Source of the DNA: Tubiluchus corallicola
Lineage: Eukaryota > Animalia > Priapulida
Assembly (NCBI GenBank): GCA_030141605.1
Contig: JAQGDQ010001043.1
Coordinates: 1 to 64,000, forward strand
DNA: 64,000 nucleotides
Direction: 5' to 3'
Shown: in pieces, positions 1-64,000 of the stretch
Layout of the letters: each line of letters starts with the position of its first letter
Position numbering within the stretch: position 1 is the first letter of the stretch
The notes under the pieces: generated by a model
Database searches by the model: none
What the model saw: only the letters and a program-made list of their open reading frames with translations
Told to the model about the DNA's origin: nothing
Translations under genes and position numbers: made by a program

Positions 1-62
<62 letters not shown>

Positions 63-210
63 TCTTCATTCCGTCTTTCTGACTCACGTCTTTGTCCCAC
101 ATCTCCCTCTCTTCTTTCTCTTTTTGTTTCTTTCACATCCCATTTTTCTAACTCTCTCTCTCTCCCTTTCTCTCTTTTTACCTCTCAAAATGCCAGAGTT
201 ATTTACAAAC

Positions 211-35232
<35,022 letters not shown>

Positions 35233-35329
35233 CTAAAGTGATGCATTGAAACAGGTTATTTTGTGTGGTTTTTGAAAGTTGATAAGAGTATCTTTGAAAC
35301 GAAGGATAATATACAAAATATTTATATAT

Positions 35330-35413
35330 TAATAATAATTATAATAAAATAATGATGATGATAATATTAATAATAATAAAAATAACAATAACAACAACAT
35401 CATCAACAACAAA

Positions 35414-35444
<31 letters not shown>

Positions 35445-35517
35445 ATAATAATATTATAATAATAATAACAATAAATATAATAATAATAATAATAATGATA
35501 ATAATAATAACAACAAC

Positions 35518-35561
<44 letters not shown>

Positions 35562-36067
35562 CAATAATAATAATAATAACAATAACAATAACAATAACAA
35601 TAACAATAACAATAACAATAACAATAACAATAACAATAACAATAACAATAACAATAACAATAACAATAACAATAACAATAACAATAAGAATAAGAATAAG
35701 AATAAGAATAAGAATAAGAATAAGAATAAGAATAAGAATAAGAATAAGAATAAGAATAAGAATAAGAATAAGAATAAGAATAAGAATAAGAATAAGAATA
35801 AGAATAAGAATAAGAATAAGAATAAGAATAAGAATAAGAATAAGAATAAGAATAAGAATAAGAATAAGAATAAGAATAAGAATAAGAATAAGAATAAGAA
35901 TAAGAATAAGAATAAGAATAAGAATAAGAATAAGAATAAGAATAAGAATAAGAACAAGAACAAGAACAAGAACAAGAACAAGAACAAGAACAAGAACAAG
36001 AACAAGAACAAGAACAAGAACAAGAACAAGAACAAGAACAAGAACAAGAACAAGAACAAGAACAAGA
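35330..36067. repeat. Compound microsatellite (AAT)n-(AATAAC)n-(AATAAG)n-(AACAAG)n
   Basis: Direct reading; abuts the inner end of the right arm. Confidence 0.95.
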
Positions 36068-36576
36068 TTAGTAAACAATGTGAATATATACAATATAGCA
36101 TAAATACAATTAAGTGAGAGTAAGATAGGTTAGGGCGTAGAACTAATTCCTGTCAAAAAGCAAAGTAATTACGTTCTAGAACGCATATAACTTCTTTAAT
36201 TAGCCTTCTAATTACAAAACTTTAAACGAAAATGATGTTGTGTAGAAATAAAATGTTACTTTTTATCAGCAATTTTTCTTAACAAAAACTAAACAAAATA
36301 AATGTAATTTATGATGAGTTTTTGTTTAGTTTTTGATAAGAAAAATTGCTGATAAAAAGTGACGTTTTATTTGTGCACAACATCATTTTCGTCAAATTAG
36401 AAGGCTAATATAGCACAACGACTCCCAGGAATAAGTGAAAGAAAATTTAAAAATGGATAAATAAATAAAAAATCTGTTTTTAAACTTTACCTGTCTACAC
36501 AGTGATAGTTATTACTTAACCGAGACAAAATTACTGTTATAAACGTTAAAGTAGCTTAATGTTTGACGTATTACAG

Positions 36577-62635
<26,059 letters not shown>

Positions 62636-64000
62636 GTAATAGAATAAGTTCGTTGAGTTCATAAGATCATGTGCGCATGCGCGAGAATTGTGCGCACGCA
62701 TTCTTAAAGCGTCTTCAGTGTAAACTGTTCTTTTCAATTCCTGTGAGCTTCCCTTTAATGACAATAATACGTTATGTTTGCATGTTCTGGCTTCCTTCTG
62801 TAAATAAAGTTTTTAAAGGAAAGCTGGACGATTTATTAGACTCAATCTCATTTCAAATTACTGTCCTAAATACACATTTTCTTGCCTACAAAAGTTAACA
62901 GTTATTTTTAATATTTGAATAATTACCCTGGAAAGCTAATTAGCGGCAACCAAACACAGGTATCGCTTACGTCACAAACTAGCCACAATTTGTACAATGG
63001 TAAGCATCTTTCCTGCACAACAAGCGCGTTTGCGTAGCGAAGATTGCTATATGACGCCGATGTGATGTCACGAAAATGAGCTCTACGTCACACAGACGTC
63101 ACAGACGAACACTGCAGTTCATGATCACGAATGCCATGGTACTGCGCCTATTTGTCGGTCACGCGAACGTAACAAAAAAGGTGTCATTGCCAGTCTTAGT
63201 GAATTCGCTGAGCGTTCATAATAGTTAATTATGAACAAATGTCAACACAATCGCCGGTTTTAAATTAACAAACGTCGCTGCTGACGTCCATTCTATATAT
63301 ACTGGAAATCTTGCATTGGCGTGCTTGGCGTGGCCTTCGCTTGTTGTTGGCTTTGGCCACCTTGTGGTGATTTTTGGCCTAATCACGTGATCAATTTGAT
63401 CTGGGTCAGAGGCCTACTGTGAAGTGAAGACGTGTCATGATAAGTTGATAAGATATTGTCGTTATCTGTTTACAATTGCTCATGATTTGGGGCTAATAAC
63501 GTATGTATATCCTCTAATTACTTTAAAAAACTTAAATTTAGTTTAAAATAACAGCTAGGTATTAATTAATACGACAGTACAGTGTATAACTCTTAATTAT
63601 GTAAAATTGACTTTTGGCTATTATTATTTTTTGTTATTTTTTGGCACTAATTTCTTTTGTTTAGATGTAATGACATATTTTGGCAAATAAAGAGCAAAGA
63701 AAGAGCAAAATTTAATCGAGCTTCTAATTTGGTTTTGAAAGGCCAAACAGTATATATTTTAATTTTACGGAAAAATTCACTACTTTAATTTTATCAGTAA
63801 ACAAAGTAAAGCATTGGTTATAAGTTACTCACACGGTTCATTGGGAAATGCTGTTGATTTTGTAAAGTTACTAAGAAAATTTTGCTTTTTTAAGTAGTTG
63901 TTGCTAAACTCTGTTGCTTGTATGTATTTAATGTGTGTTTTTCATGTAGATTTTCAAGCGGTATGTATTTAATGTGTGTTTTTCGTGTAGATTTTCAAGC

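Noticed and set aside
35329-36103. Long hydrophobic ORFs upstream of the spacer exon as a signal-peptide or TM exon
   Set aside because: Pure microsatellite translation with no credible splice donor linking it to 35232

Overview
AT-rich, microsatellite- and minisatellite-laden animal (invertebrate-like) genomic DNA. Nearly all long ORFs in the supplied track are simple-repeat artefacts. The real coding content is a spliced cadherin gene whose peptide closely resembles Drosophila Cad99C / protocadherin-15 as I recall them (not database-checked). I traced 22 GT-AG exons on the minus strand (35232 down to 211, 2968 nt, one continuous frame, roughly nine cadherin repeats), with no signal-peptide exon or TM/cytoplasmic part in the window. 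The dominant structure is a giant inverted repeat: a left arm (~4164-32190) and a near-identical right arm (~36061-64000, running off the window) around a unique ~3.9 kb spacer. The right arm carries a second, intact plus-strand copy of 16 exons. The exon both copies need upstream exists only once, in the spacer, on the minus strand. Arm divergence is patchy and biased to synonymous sites. A real fold-back duplication and an assembly or amplification chimera joining two haplotypes both fit. Smaller items: hAT, Tc1/pogo and TTAA-flanked non-autonomous elements, a 5S-derived SINE3-like element, a Penelope-like remnant with a decayed hammerhead motif, a 190-nt G-U-rich intronic hairpin, and three local duplications of splice sites.
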